DNA from: Picochlorum sp. SENEW3
Lineage: Eukaryota
DNA length: 64,000 nt
NCBI GenBank assembly: GCA_034226945.1
Contig: CP120459.1
Span: 744,001 to 808,000 of the forward strand
Direction: 5' to 3'
Every line of letters starts with the position of its first letter. The stretch's first letter is position 1. Positions 9,451 through 19,970 of this stretch are shown here, piece after piece. The notes beneath the pieces were generated by a model. The model worked only from the letters and a program-made list of their open reading frames with translations, ran no database searches and was not told the DNA's origin. Both the position numbers and the translations under genes were made by a program.

Positions 9451-11214
9451 ATGCGTGGTATTGCTTTTTTCGTTATTGGTGTCCTTGCCCTTGGGGTGAC
9501 TGCCAGTGACGACACCCGGGTGGCTACAGGAAAGCGATTTCCATGGCCACTGACGTACCGAGTATCTTGGAAATTCAGTATTCCATATGTAGAAACCCTG
9601 CAAGAAGGGGGTATGGAGTACACGTACGAGGTTTTGCAGGATTACGAACAAGGCAGGCAAAAGGTTGTAAGGGACGGTGTCGAAACAACCATTATTGATG
9701 GTGGGTCCAAGGTGTCGTATCAAATCTTCCCTAGAGTTGATTCAATGGTGTGTTGGATATTCAAGGCTGATAAAGAGTCTGGTCCGACGCGTCGACTTGC
9801 TATGAAGGAGGGGAATGGTGGAGCTTGGTTGGGTTCTGAGGATGGACTTGGTGAGAGTGATCCCAGGGATTATCTCGGGTTTGTGCTTCCAGATCTGAGT
9901 GAAGATCGATGGAAATATCATGGAAGAAAAGATGGTGGGGACGTGGATGTGTGGGTATGGGATTTGACGGAAGGAAAGGACATGGACATGCATTACACGT
10001 TTTATGTGGATGCAAGGACCCATGCGCCTGTGAAGCTCGTGATGAAGGGTATCAATTTGTATACCGGGGGACATAAAGATATCTATATTGCTGATTATTA
10101 TGATTTTGAAGAAATACAGGGAGGATTTGCGCCAGAGGAGTTTCTGCCTCCTTCTGATATGTCATGTGAAAAGCAGGACGATGAGAATGGTGTACCTGCT
10201 GCCATGAGGACAATCTTCCACCAACATGCACCGTCCATGGGATGGGGGCACAGAGAGTACGATGTATATTCTCACTCGTTTGGTAGGAGACATGGTAATC
10301 AGGGCGAGTATGAAGAGCGTCTTGGATATTTCTTGAAGAATTCAGAGTATATTCGCACAAAGGATGACACAGCATCATTTGAGGTTGGCCATAACCATTT
10401 CATGGATTGGTCGGATGGTGAGTATGCAGCTCTCTTGGGGCATCGATACACAAAAGACGAAAATACTTCGCGTATGGTGACGCTTCGTGATCTTGTGAGT
10501 TCTGAGGACTTTTTACCTGGGGAGGTATCATGGAAAGGCTCAATTGCAGATGCTCCTCCAAAAGACCAGGCTGCCTGTGGTAGCTGCTGGGCCTTTTCTG
10601 CAATCGCTGCGTTAGAATCTGCGGTGTCTAGGTGCACTGGAAAGCAGCATTTGCTATCGGAACAGTCGCTGATTGACTGCAATTGGGATGAGAAGAATAC
10701 TGGTTGTTTTGGAGGGGAGCAGAAGAGAGCCTTTGAGTGGGTGTTTCATAAGAAGGATGGGGGGTTATTCTTGTCAGATGATTATCATTATAAGGGTATT
10801 AATGATTTCTGCCAATCAAAGAAAAAAAATGATGCAAAGATTCGTGCAAAGGGTGACTATAAAATTGTAGAGTCTGGAGAGAAGGCAGTGATGGCTGCTC
10901 TGGCCTTGAAAGGACCATTGGCTGTATCTGTCGATGCAGATGATCCAGACTTTCGTTTTTATACAAAGGGCGTGTATTCAAACTCTAAATGCCAGATGGA
11001 TCCAACCAAATTGAGTCATGCTGTGATTTTAAGTGGATATGGTGTTGATGAAGCGACAGGGAAAAAGTATTGGTTGGTGAAAAATACCTGGTCAAAATAT
11101 TGGGGTGAGGATGGTTACATTCGCATTGAAAGGGAACCGAATGATTGTGGTATAGCATCAGAAGCCCAGTATGTTGATATTGATTGCAAATCTTTGAAGA
11201 GTCTTGATGTCTAA
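9451..11214 (+). CDS. Papain-family (C1A) cysteine protease with N-terminal extension and I29 propeptide
   Basis: Signal peptide from ATG 9451; DQAACGSCWAFS (catalytic Cys), SHAV (His), YWLVKNTWSKYWGEDGY (Asn), and an NHFMD propeptide motif. Confidence 0.93.
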   Translation: MRGIAFFVIGVLALGVTASDDTRVATGKRFPWPLTYRVSWKFSIPYVETLQEGGMEYTYEVLQDYEQGRQKVVRDGVETTIIDGGSKVSYQIFPRVDSMVCWIFKADKESGPTRRLAMKEGNGGAWLGSEDGLGESDPRDYLGFVLPDLSEDRWKYHGRKDGGDVDVWVWDLTEGKDMDMHYTFYVDARTHAPVKLVMKGINLYTGGHKDIYIADYYDFEEIQGGFAPEEFLPPSDMSCEKQDDENGVPAAMRTIFHQHAPSMGWGHREYDVYSHSFGRRHGNQGEYEERLGYFLKNSEYIRTKDDTASFEVGHNHFMDWSDGEYAALLGHRYTKDENTSRMVTLRDLVSSEDFLPGEVSWKGSIADAPPKDQAACGSCWAFSAIAALESAVSRCTGKQHLLSEQSLIDCNWDEKNTGCFGGEQKRAFEWVFHKKDGGLFLSDDYHYKGINDFCQSKKKNDAKIRAKGDYKIVESGEKAVMAALALKGPLAVSVDADDPDFRFYTKGVYSNSKCQMDPTKLSHAVILSGYGVDEATGKKYWLVKNTWSKYWGEDGYIRIEREPNDCGIASEAQYVDIDCKSLKSLDV

Positions 11215-11239
11215 GTCAGCTATACAATAACACCATTGT

Positions 11240-11997
11240 CTATTTGATCAACAAGTCAAAATGATTGCCTCCAGTGAAAAGCAATCGAACGGGTCTTCTT
11301 GGAGGGGAATCCTTCGTACCTTTTCTATATTTTTCTCCATATTTCTGAATTACTGTAAAACCTGACGTCCCACCGTACTCAGAATCAGACAAATAGACAA
11401 AAATAGGAACCTTTAACATCTGTGACAGGACCATCATCTCAGGCTCACCTCCCCAGAATGAAGGAGATTGAATCCTCCTACAATAATTCTTTAAAGTATC
11501 TTCTGCCTCTAGTGCTATCACAGCTTGTCCAAATTGTCTCCTTCTCTTAGGAGTCCGGCACAAAGCCTCTGCGACAGCCAGGCGCAAGTTGTCTGCTTCT
11601 CGCTGTTCGGCATCAGAACCTAGAAATCTCCCCTGATTACGAGCCAATCCTAGCGCAATCGCTCTAAACATACATTTACCATCACCTCGGACTCGAATGA
11701 CACGCAAAGACTTTTCAATTCTCGATGATGCCCTGCATAATCCATTCGAATGAGTCACTTGTTGCAACAAGACATCATCTTGAGAGCAACATAACATGTC
11801 ACGTACTTGGCCAACGTAAATAGGGGCATTCCCAACCTCTTCTCTGCTAGAAAATCAGTAGATGAGGAAATCGAAGCCATCAAAAGTCCTGGATTTGACT
11901 CCTGTTCAACCCTGGAAAACTGCAGCGTTCCCTGGCTCCTCACCTCAAGAGTCGGCAGACGTACCGTCTGATCGCATATAAATGAACAATTTCTCAT
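11240..11997 (-). CDS. OTU-domain deubiquitinase (plant OTU3/4-like)
   Basis: VRGDGKCMFRA, FWGGEPE and GNHFDLL motifs. Intron 11733-11806 joins the upstream exon in frame. Confidence 0.88.
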
Positions 11998-12202
11998 TCT
12001 GAATCAATTAATTGTGATGAATAAAAAATCTTTGGCCCAGAACGGGCTTGTATGGGTGATATTATCGCATGTGGGTACCCACATGCCTGTGCTTGCATCT
12101 CAGCCTTGCTGATGAGGTTGCTCCAGATGGTAGTAGAATCGCAAATCAGAGCAGGATTTACCGTTTCCAATCCAGTTAATTTTATATAATAGGACAATAG
12201 AG

Positions 12203-14104
12203 ATGAATGTATCCCGTCTTGGCCAAGTAAGGTCGCATCAGAGGGTGCAACACATTTCAAAATGCGCTCAGGTCAAGGGCAGAAGAATCTCCCTCGACAG
12301 AGTTTGCACATTATCTAGGCTGCGAAAGAAAAAAATACATTGTTCAGCAGCGGGTGACCAAGAGAAAGGCGTCCCTGAAGAGCAGCGTAAGGGCCTCGGT
12401 GCAGTCTTGTCTCAGTATCAGGTGCCAGATGTTGCCATGGCGAAGCAAATGGGGTTGGATCAGGAATTGTTTGAAGCAATCATGGAGCTTCCAGGGACAA
12501 CCGATGTCCGCAGTTTGAAATCGCGGTTGATATCTCTGGCGAAATGGAATAATAAACTATCAAAAGGCACACTCCCAAAGGCAGAGGAGCTCACCTGGCC
12601 AGAGGAGCCATTCAGATCAAAGTTTTTGGAGACACTGCGGAAATTAGGCATGGCACGTTTTACTCAAAAGCACCCTAAGCTTTTAGGATCATTGATGAAG
12701 CAGTTTATGCAGTTGGCGAAAGAGTTTGAGATCGAATCCATGAATCAAAGTTTGGAACAGGAGCAATCCAAGCGTCCAGAGCAGACGCCTCCTCCATCAT
12801 CTATGAATCAGGAACAAAGTCCTGAAAATCAGGAAGATCAGGATTCTGGTAGTGGTCCATCTCAGGGAGATCAAAGCTCTGAACCTGGTGAGGAGATGGA
12901 CGAATCCGAAAGTGGGGATATGTCTAGAGAAGAGGCACGTGATGATCAATTGCGTGTTGACTTGGATGAAGGCAGTGAGAGTAATGCTGTTGGAGACGAT
13001 GATATGGACGAGTCCTCGGGTTTTGCAGAAGATCTAGCAGAAAAAATGTTGCAAAAGTTCGAAGATGACTGGTCTCCAGCATTGGATGCACTTGAAGCAG
13101 CAGAAAATGCTTTTGATGATATTGACCCCTTGTTGGATGGGCCAGAGGGATTTGATGCATCTCAGTCTGTGTGGCATAATTCTGGATGGCGTGAGCTTGC
13201 GTCTCTGAGGAAAAAGTTGGAAAATTTGAAAGAATTACGAGATTTAGTCCGATCGTTGGGACGAGGAGGAGGAAAGGGGCCAATCAGAAGAGCACCTCAG
13301 CAGGTTTTCCAACCAGGAATGCCTCTTGGCGTGATCCGCTCGGAGGAATCCCCAGAGGAAACAAGAGGTTTGACTAGATCTGGTGATATTTCAAGGATGC
13401 TTCCTGTGGAAGCAAGATTGTTGGCTTCTAGCCGGATGAAGGAGAAGGCAGGAGAAGCCTCTGCATCCTCAAAAGCTAACCGGAGGCTTTTCATGGCAAG
13501 GCGAGCAGAGCGAATGTTATTGAGCTATGAGAGGGCTGGATGGGTGGATGATCAACCATCTAAAGTAACTGATAGGTTAGAGCTCCGTCCAGCCTCGGAA
13601 ATGGGCCCCATCATTGTTTGTTTAGACACCTCTGCATCCATGCTTGGACCACGTGAAACAGTTGCCAAATCTTTGACTTTGGAATGTATGCGGGGTGCCA
13701 TACGACAGCAAAGGAAATGTATTGTGTATGCATTTAGTGGTCCAGAAAATGTGATGGAGATAGAGTTGGATATTGGTCAAGAATCGATCAACAAATTGTT
13801 ATCATTTCTGACCATGTCCTTCTCAGGTGGTACTGATGTTGATGCTCCATTGGCATTGAGTTTGGAGCGGTTGGGTCGAGAAGAGTGGAATCTTGCTGAT
13901 ATTCTAATGGTAACAGATGGGGAGATACCACCACCTGACGAAGATATTTTGCAAAAACTGAATGCTGCAAAAGAAGATCTGGGCCTGAACGTCCATGGAC
14001 TTTTGGTAGGCAGAGTCACAGAACCAATTGAGCAGATTTGTTCGGATATCCATGTCTTCAAGTCATGGAATGTCGTAGATAGTTCTTTTAAGAGTTTATC
14101 CTAA
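12203..14104 (+). CDS. VWA-domain protein, ViaA/YieM-like, with putative organelle transit peptide
   Basis: MIDAS motif CLDTSASM, GGTD, LMVTDG, and an SGDISRMLP motif upstream. The N-terminus is basic and Ser/Arg-rich. Confidence 0.8.
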   Translation: MNVSRLGQVRSHQRVQHISKCAQVKGRRISLDRVCTLSRLRKKKIHCSAAGDQEKGVPEEQRKGLGAVLSQYQVPDVAMAKQMGLDQELFEAIMELPGTTDVRSLKSRLISLAKWNNKLSKGTLPKAEELTWPEEPFRSKFLETLRKLGMARFTQKHPKLLGSLMKQFMQLAKEFEIESMNQSLEQEQSKRPEQTPPPSSMNQEQSPENQEDQDSGSGPSQGDQSSEPGEEMDESESGDMSREEARDDQLRVDLDEGSESNAVGDDDMDESSGFAEDLAEKMLQKFEDDWSPALDALEAAENAFDDIDPLLDGPEGFDASQSVWHNSGWRELASLRKKLENLKELRDLVRSLGRGGGKGPIRRAPQQVFQPGMPLGVIRSEESPEETRGLTRSGDISRMLPVEARLLASSRMKEKAGEASASSKANRRLFMARRAERMLLSYERAGWVDDQPSKVTDRLELRPASEMGPIIVCLDTSASMLGPRETVAKSLTLECMRGAIRQQRKCIVYAFSGPENVMEIELDIGQESINKLLSFLTMSFSGGTDVDAPLALSLERLGREEWNLADILMVTDGEIPPPDEDILQKLNAAKEDLGLNVHGLLVGRVTEPIEQICSDIHVFKSWNVVDSSFKSLS

Positions 14105-14124
14105 TGCATCTTTTGAAAATTAAT

Positions 14125-15545
14125 TTAAGCTTTTGTATTATTACGAGCAGATGGATCCATCTGCCCAGATTTTATCATCAAGCCCTTGGTTTTACCAATC
14201 ACCATCTGCCCAGTATCTTGCACCGCCTTTAAAAATGCCCTTCCATAATATAAAAAGCCATGTATTACTTCCAAAACAACCTTTCTGACTTCATATTGCG
14301 CAGCTTTTGTTGTGTTCACAAAACCATGTGGTCGACTCAGGTCCTGGTACTTGACAGCCTTTTTAGCAGCTTTACCGGACGACTTTTCATCCATAACAGA
14401 CCGTGCCGCCATCTGGGCTGCCAATTGGGCATTTTTCTCTGCTTCTTCTTCAGCCTTTTGCGCCTGGCGATACGACTCTAAAATGGCCTCTCCTGCCTTT
14501 CTTTCTAATGCATGCTGACATTTGGTAGACGCCTGAATAGCACGTGTTGCAGCTTTTTGGGCTTCTTGTGTCGCTTCTGATGCAATTTGAGCAGCTACAG
14601 ATGCTTGATGAGCAAATGTAGCAGCTTGAGAAGCTGCCTTTGCCGACTTTTCGGCCCTGCTCTTCATCTCAGACACACTCATGCCTCTTGGTGCACCAAG
14701 AGGATGATTTGCAAAAGCCTCATCATCAGAGAACAGCGAATCCCAGTCATTATACGAACTAGTCGCTCCATCTGTACCTTTCTCATCCATAAAATCAACT
14801 CGAGCCTTCAAATCATCATACCGTTTTCGCTGTGCCTTCATCTCATCCTCGGCAGAGCGAGCAGCATCTGGCCCCCGAAGAGGTAAATATGGTTCCTCAA
14901 TATCTCCGCTTTTTGTCTCGACTGTAGCACTAGACTCCATCGCATGCTCTTCATTCTCATCTGGCCAACCCGTAGGATATTCTTGTGCAGTCTCTTCTCT
15001 AGGAACCACAGGGGCATACACAGAAGGCTTTCGATGCCCCAACCCAGCCTTCCTGTGTGCTCCAGACATGAACTGTCTCACCCTCCCGAGCCCTACTTGA
15101 AACCCAACAGTAACAAAGATTCCAACAGCAATTAAGAGTAAAGCAAAAGGAGCATCTCCTGCATCACACCAGGTGGTAATACAGTATCAACAAACGTCCT
15201 GAAAAAGCAAGGCTCTACACTCAAACAGAAACTTTCGAACGTACGTTTGAAAATCGATTGCTCGCTTCCCTTACCACTTGCTCCACCCCAGTCATCAATC
15301 GTATTTTCAGAATCGTCTCGTCTCGTATCATCGCCATGAGCTGCCGGGCAGAGAAGTCTGTCGCGTCTCAGTCTTGTCTGAAGTGTCCTTCCCACACCAA
15401 ATGGCCGCTGGTGAGCAAGGGACACATATTTTACTCCATTACTAGTAGTATATTCTACGTTTAATGGGTTCTGAGGTCGAATCCACCCTCGTACTGGCCT
15501 GGTCATCCCTATTGGGTCGTGTCGGAGTAACATTTTTCGACACAT
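14125..15545 (-). CDS. Hypothetical protein (transit-peptide-like N-terminus, one TM helix, Ala-rich coiled coil)
   Basis: Two ORFs are joined in frame by intron 15159-15244 (GTACGT...ATGCAG). TM segment FALLLIAVGIFVTVGF. Confidence 0.7.
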
Positions 15546-15595
15546 CGTGAACCCTTTCGATGCTCGGGGCAATATCGAATCCAATGAATTAAATA

Positions 15596-18299
15596 TTACT
15601 CATGTAAAAATGTGGATAATTTTTTAATTGTTCTGAGGCGGACCGAGGTGCTCATCCCAAGAGATTTGGCAGCCTGGAGAACCAGCTGGACATCAGCTGG
15701 GAATGTGCTGGAAATCTCGTCACATTCCTCCTCCGTCACGGTCTCTTCCTCTTCTGTTTCATGTTCATTAGATGGCATCGTTTGAGAATCCTGAACATAG
15801 GGAGAGAAGGCCAATGCTCGGGGGCCTTCCACTTTGGGTTTCTTTTTGCTCTTCTTTGATGTCTTTGATCTTGTACGTTTTCTGCCTAGGACATCTGCAA
15901 TAAATTCCTGTGGTGATTTCTTTCCATCTGGAATGCATTGTGCGATTCTAGGATCGCGATTTCTGGTCGATGATGGATCATACCAGTCATTGTTCGAGAC
16001 TGGCAATGCTGGAAATGACGCCAATTTTGTTGATCTACATAACAACAAGATGAATTTCAGTATACTGTTGGATTGCATGCCAAGGTATTCACTATCATGT
16101 GCCAACGTACTCGACAAATTTCCAAGCAGGAAAGGGACGTATCTCAAATGGAATACGCTCGGAAGTATCCTTTAGCGACGCTTCATTGAGAGTCTGCTCT
16201 ACAAGTCTATAGATTGGATAGCGAAGCTTTTGATGAACAGCTTCTGTAATTGTATACTTGTACTCCGTTGTGCTCAACTCCTGATCGTCCGATACTCTTG
16301 GAGTGACATCATTAATCCTATCAGATAGTTTGACAAGTGCTGGGTTTGCTCGCCAGGGCGGCAGGAAAATACTGTGATTCACTGAACACACAGTACAGGC
16401 TCCTTCTCCAAGGGAGTCTCCGCGCAGCTTTCTTGTATGACAATGAATAAAGTGAGCAAGCATGGACTTGATCGTAAAAGGGAAACAGGTTTTTACGATG
16501 GCAGTAAATTGTCGCCTGGCAATATGGCACGACCAGGCTGTGCGCATGCCTTCAAACCAGCTTGCTTCACCACTCCAGTCATACAGACACGAGCGCAAGG
16601 CTTTGAGTTTTCTATTCAAATCATTCGAGCCACTCTCTTGTTGTTGTTGTTGTTCTATGGATAGACTGAATTCGATATCCTGAATCACCGAATCACCGAA
16701 TTGACGTCGCTCATCCGTCAACAGGACGACATTGTAATGATCATTATGATCTTCTCCTTCACCTTGTGATGCACTGTCATGATTGGTTCCTTGCATTTGA
16801 GCGTCTCTCTCCTCAATAAACCGCATCAGACAACCATCGAATTCGTCAATGGATGATCCTAATTTCGAATGTTTCAAAATCTTGCCAGCTTGTAGGACGG
16901 TAGGATCCTTCTCCATCAAGGGCTCTAGTGGTTCCACTTGCATGCTCCAGTACTCATCGACAAATCTTTTGACATCTTCAATAGGTACATTCCTCTCGTC
17001 CAATCCATACTTTTCATCCACATCACCATACTCCCTCATTATTTGTTTCTGTATCGTTACAGACAAGTCTCCAGCCTTACAGGCTGGGGGCATACCTCTG
17101 CTAAGAATCTCAAAGACCCGTTCCCGCAGCTGCCCCTGTGGCCCAGACCACCGTGGAGCTTTACATTTTGGGCAAAATCTCTGTCTATCCGGGTTTTTCG
17201 ACCCACAAATAGTAGAGTCTTCTAATCTGTTGAAACACGTCCATCGGGGTATCTTGGTTCTTTTTACTCGCTGATTTAGAATGACAGACACCGTCGGTCG
17301 CTCATCATATGGGACATTGGGTATCCCCCACCTCTCATATTCCTCCTCACTTTCTTCTTCTTCTTCGTTTCTACTATTCTTTTGATTGTGATACTGATGC
17401 TTTAGTATCTGCAAACCACTTGGTTTTTCGCTCAGTGGGTCAGAAACGCTGCCAAACGTCTCTCTCCTACGAGGAACATCCAACACAGCAGGCTTCAAAC
17501 GATCCGGCAACCTTCCTTCTCGAATAGCGGCTGTCGTCAAACAATAATGACCGCACCCTTTCAAACGACATGTTCGACACGCCCCACAACGCAACCCCTT
17601 GCCCAGTCTCATACCATGACCAGACACTGGCTCATTCAGCTTGGAAGCAAGTGCAGCCACCGTCTCACCATCAACACCACCCAACTGTGCCTCCCATTCT
17701 TTCACCGCTTCCAGTGCCAAACAAGGTATTATCCTGAATCCCTTATCCTTGATACAATTAACGCACATCTGACATCGCTTTTTGAAACCAATAATGCCCT
17801 CCACCACCTCTTTGGGCACATTGTCAATCTCTGGAATAGGCAGCTTTGGAATCTTCTCTGGTGCCTGTGCAAGTTTCATCAACGTTGCATAATCCTGGTC
17901 TTCTTCATCACCTTCCCTCGAGGGAAGCCGTTCCCTATGCTCAGCCTCGTTGTCATCCTTTCTCCCCTCTGACTGCTCCCAACTACCTGTCCTCTTCTGC
18001 GCATTCTTCCCACCCTTCGGAATCCCCGCACGGCTCCCATGGGGATCATCTACTATAGCTAAATGAGAAAGATCATGATCCTTTGGATGACCGAGAAGCC
18101 GTGGCCACGTCCTGTAAATCTCCCTGGTATTCCTGTATTCTTCCCTAGCCCACTCACCCAGTAACGACGCAACCACCTTTCTGCATTATAGTACCACCAT
18201 GCATCATTGCATATCGATACATATCTAAATAATAGAGTATCATTGGATTCAGGCGTACCTGTACTCTTCCGCATCCACAAATTTGTCTCTGCCGTCCAT
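15596..18299 (-). CDS. Probable nuclear protein with two CXXC-like Zn fingers and a RanBP2-like Zn ribbon
   Basis: KKRCQMCVNC..PC, RCGACRTC..YC and WTC..C.SKN..FCPKCKAPR. Introns 18181-18258 and 16035-16110 join three exons in frame; basic NLS-like tail. Confidence 0.75.
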
Positions 18300-18588
18300 G
18301 CTCAGCCATTCAGAGCGCCCTTGCTATCGCAATTACATATGCATATGACACCTGTCTTTTCATTAGAAAGATTGCGGTCTGTATCCTACATGAGGTTGGG
18401 TTCGATTCAAATACGCATTCTTCTTCTTAGATTTGAAATAAAATTCATCCCTATGAATTTTATGGGAATTTCCCCATGAACTGGGATGAACCACAGGCCT
18501 GTTTAATTCAAATAATAATATGGAGACTCTCTTTTGTTGAAGAGGGAAAAGGACAGGGCCCGGCATTGTTACCATCATCATCATCATC

Positions 18589-18825
18589 ATGGGGGTTAAA
18601 CAATATAGCCTTGTCAAGGGCTATTCCGTTGCTATTATTTCCCTCTTGTCTGGGGCTGCGGTTGTCCATCAGATATACAAACCAGATTTAGTGCGTGATT
18701 CTATATACCATGTGATGGAGTTGCGATTGATCAACGTATACGAGTATGTGCAGAGAATACCTGTTGGGGCTGCTGCTGGTGAAGAGCAGAGTGCTGGTCC
18801 AGCGGATGGCGGACAACAGGAGTAG
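18589..18825 (+). CDS. BRAWNIN/UQCC6 (DUF4516)-like mitochondrial microprotein
   Basis: Removing the in-frame intron 18691-18753 gives a 57-aa product with a TM helix and GAAVVHQIYKPDL|RIP, matching the GAxVVHxxYxPDLxIP family motif. Confidence 0.8.
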   Translation: MGVKQYSLVKGYSVAIISLLSGAAVVHQIYKPDLVRDSIYHVMELRLINVYEYVQRIPVGAAAGEEQSAGPADGGQQE

Positions 18826-18983
18826 TAGTAGTAGTGACATATTCTCATGAGGATACAGTATCACTTACAATACCATACATGTAATGCTTTGTGAGGGAAA
18901 TATGTTTGCTGCAGGTTGCAGCACATGTACATCCAGGGGATTTGACTCAGAGACATGCATATTGCCAAGAATTCAGCGATTCC

Positions 18984-19791
18984 TTAGTTTTCCAAAAGGC
19001 ATTCCTTGCATGTTGGATCGATAACCTTGTTCTTGAACTTGGTCTTGCAGCATCCAACACAGTTCTCTGGGCCCCTACTGATGCATGTGGCTCCTGGTGG
19101 TCCCTCTCCGTCCTCAACAGTCCAGAAAATTGGGTATCCTGGGTGGCATGCCTTTTTGTAGCAAGAGAAGTCATTGAACTGGTAGTTCTGGAACTTGGTC
19201 TCGCAGCAAGCCACACAGTCCTCAGTGGTGTCGCAAGACTCACCAACCAGGACGTTGGTCTTCAACTTTGGATAGCACTCTGGCTTGTAGCAGGATGGAT
19301 CGAAGTAGCTGTTCTCAGAGAATTTAAGAGCGCAGCAAGCCTTGCAGTCCTCAGTGGTGTCGCATCTGTCTCCGAGGATGTCACCTTCTTCGCAGCCTGG
19401 ATCTGCACACGTCAGGTCCACCTTGCCAAAGTAGTTCTTAATCTGGCAGCACTTTGTGCACTCTTTGTACTCAATGCAGTCCTTGCCATACAAAGAGAGA
19501 ATCTCAACATCTCCGGCCCTGCATACATGAGACTCGACCAAGGTTGAAAAATTTTCCCGCCAACAGGTGCTCTGTGGCGTTGACCGCCAACACGATGCCA
19601 GCGAGGCCGATCAAATCACAGGCATCGGTCATGTACGCAATCAATTTTACTAATAGAATATAAAAGTGCATGTATTATTCGAGTATAAAGGCAAGTACAG
19701 ACACACGAACCAGGCGTTGACGTGTTGCGACATACCTTGCGTTTCCGGCAAACAAGAGAGCAATTGCAGCAATAGTTGTGAACTTGAACAT
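18984..19791 (-). CDS. Secreted cysteine-rich protein with four 6-Cys repeats
   Basis: Signal-peptide exon 19791-19736 (MFKFTTIAAIALLFAGNAR), intron 19519-19735, then four C-x5/7-C-x2-CC-x13/14-C-x2/4-C units. Confidence 0.8.
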
Positions 19792-19970
19792 ATTGACGAT
19801 GTTTGAATGAATTGTATGCTGTTTAAAATATGGATAGTAGAAAATTGTAATGATTACTCTACCAATGTGCGCATCTCTTGTGTGTGGCTCCACGAGATTC
19901 TCGATCAGCTCGAGGCATATGCAGCTGCAGTAGGAGTCAAACGGTGGTTGACCCTACAACAAATGGATTC

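Noticed and set aside
18891..19547. 218-aa hydrophobic repetitive ORF on the plus strand
   Set aside because: Antisense mirror of the Cys-rich secreted gene, which has a signal peptide and proper splice sites; non-ATG start.
19519..19735. Possible H/ACA snoRNA in a 217-nt intron
   Set aside because: A hairpin and an AGAGCA H-like box are present, but there is no properly placed terminal ACA or convincing second hairpin.
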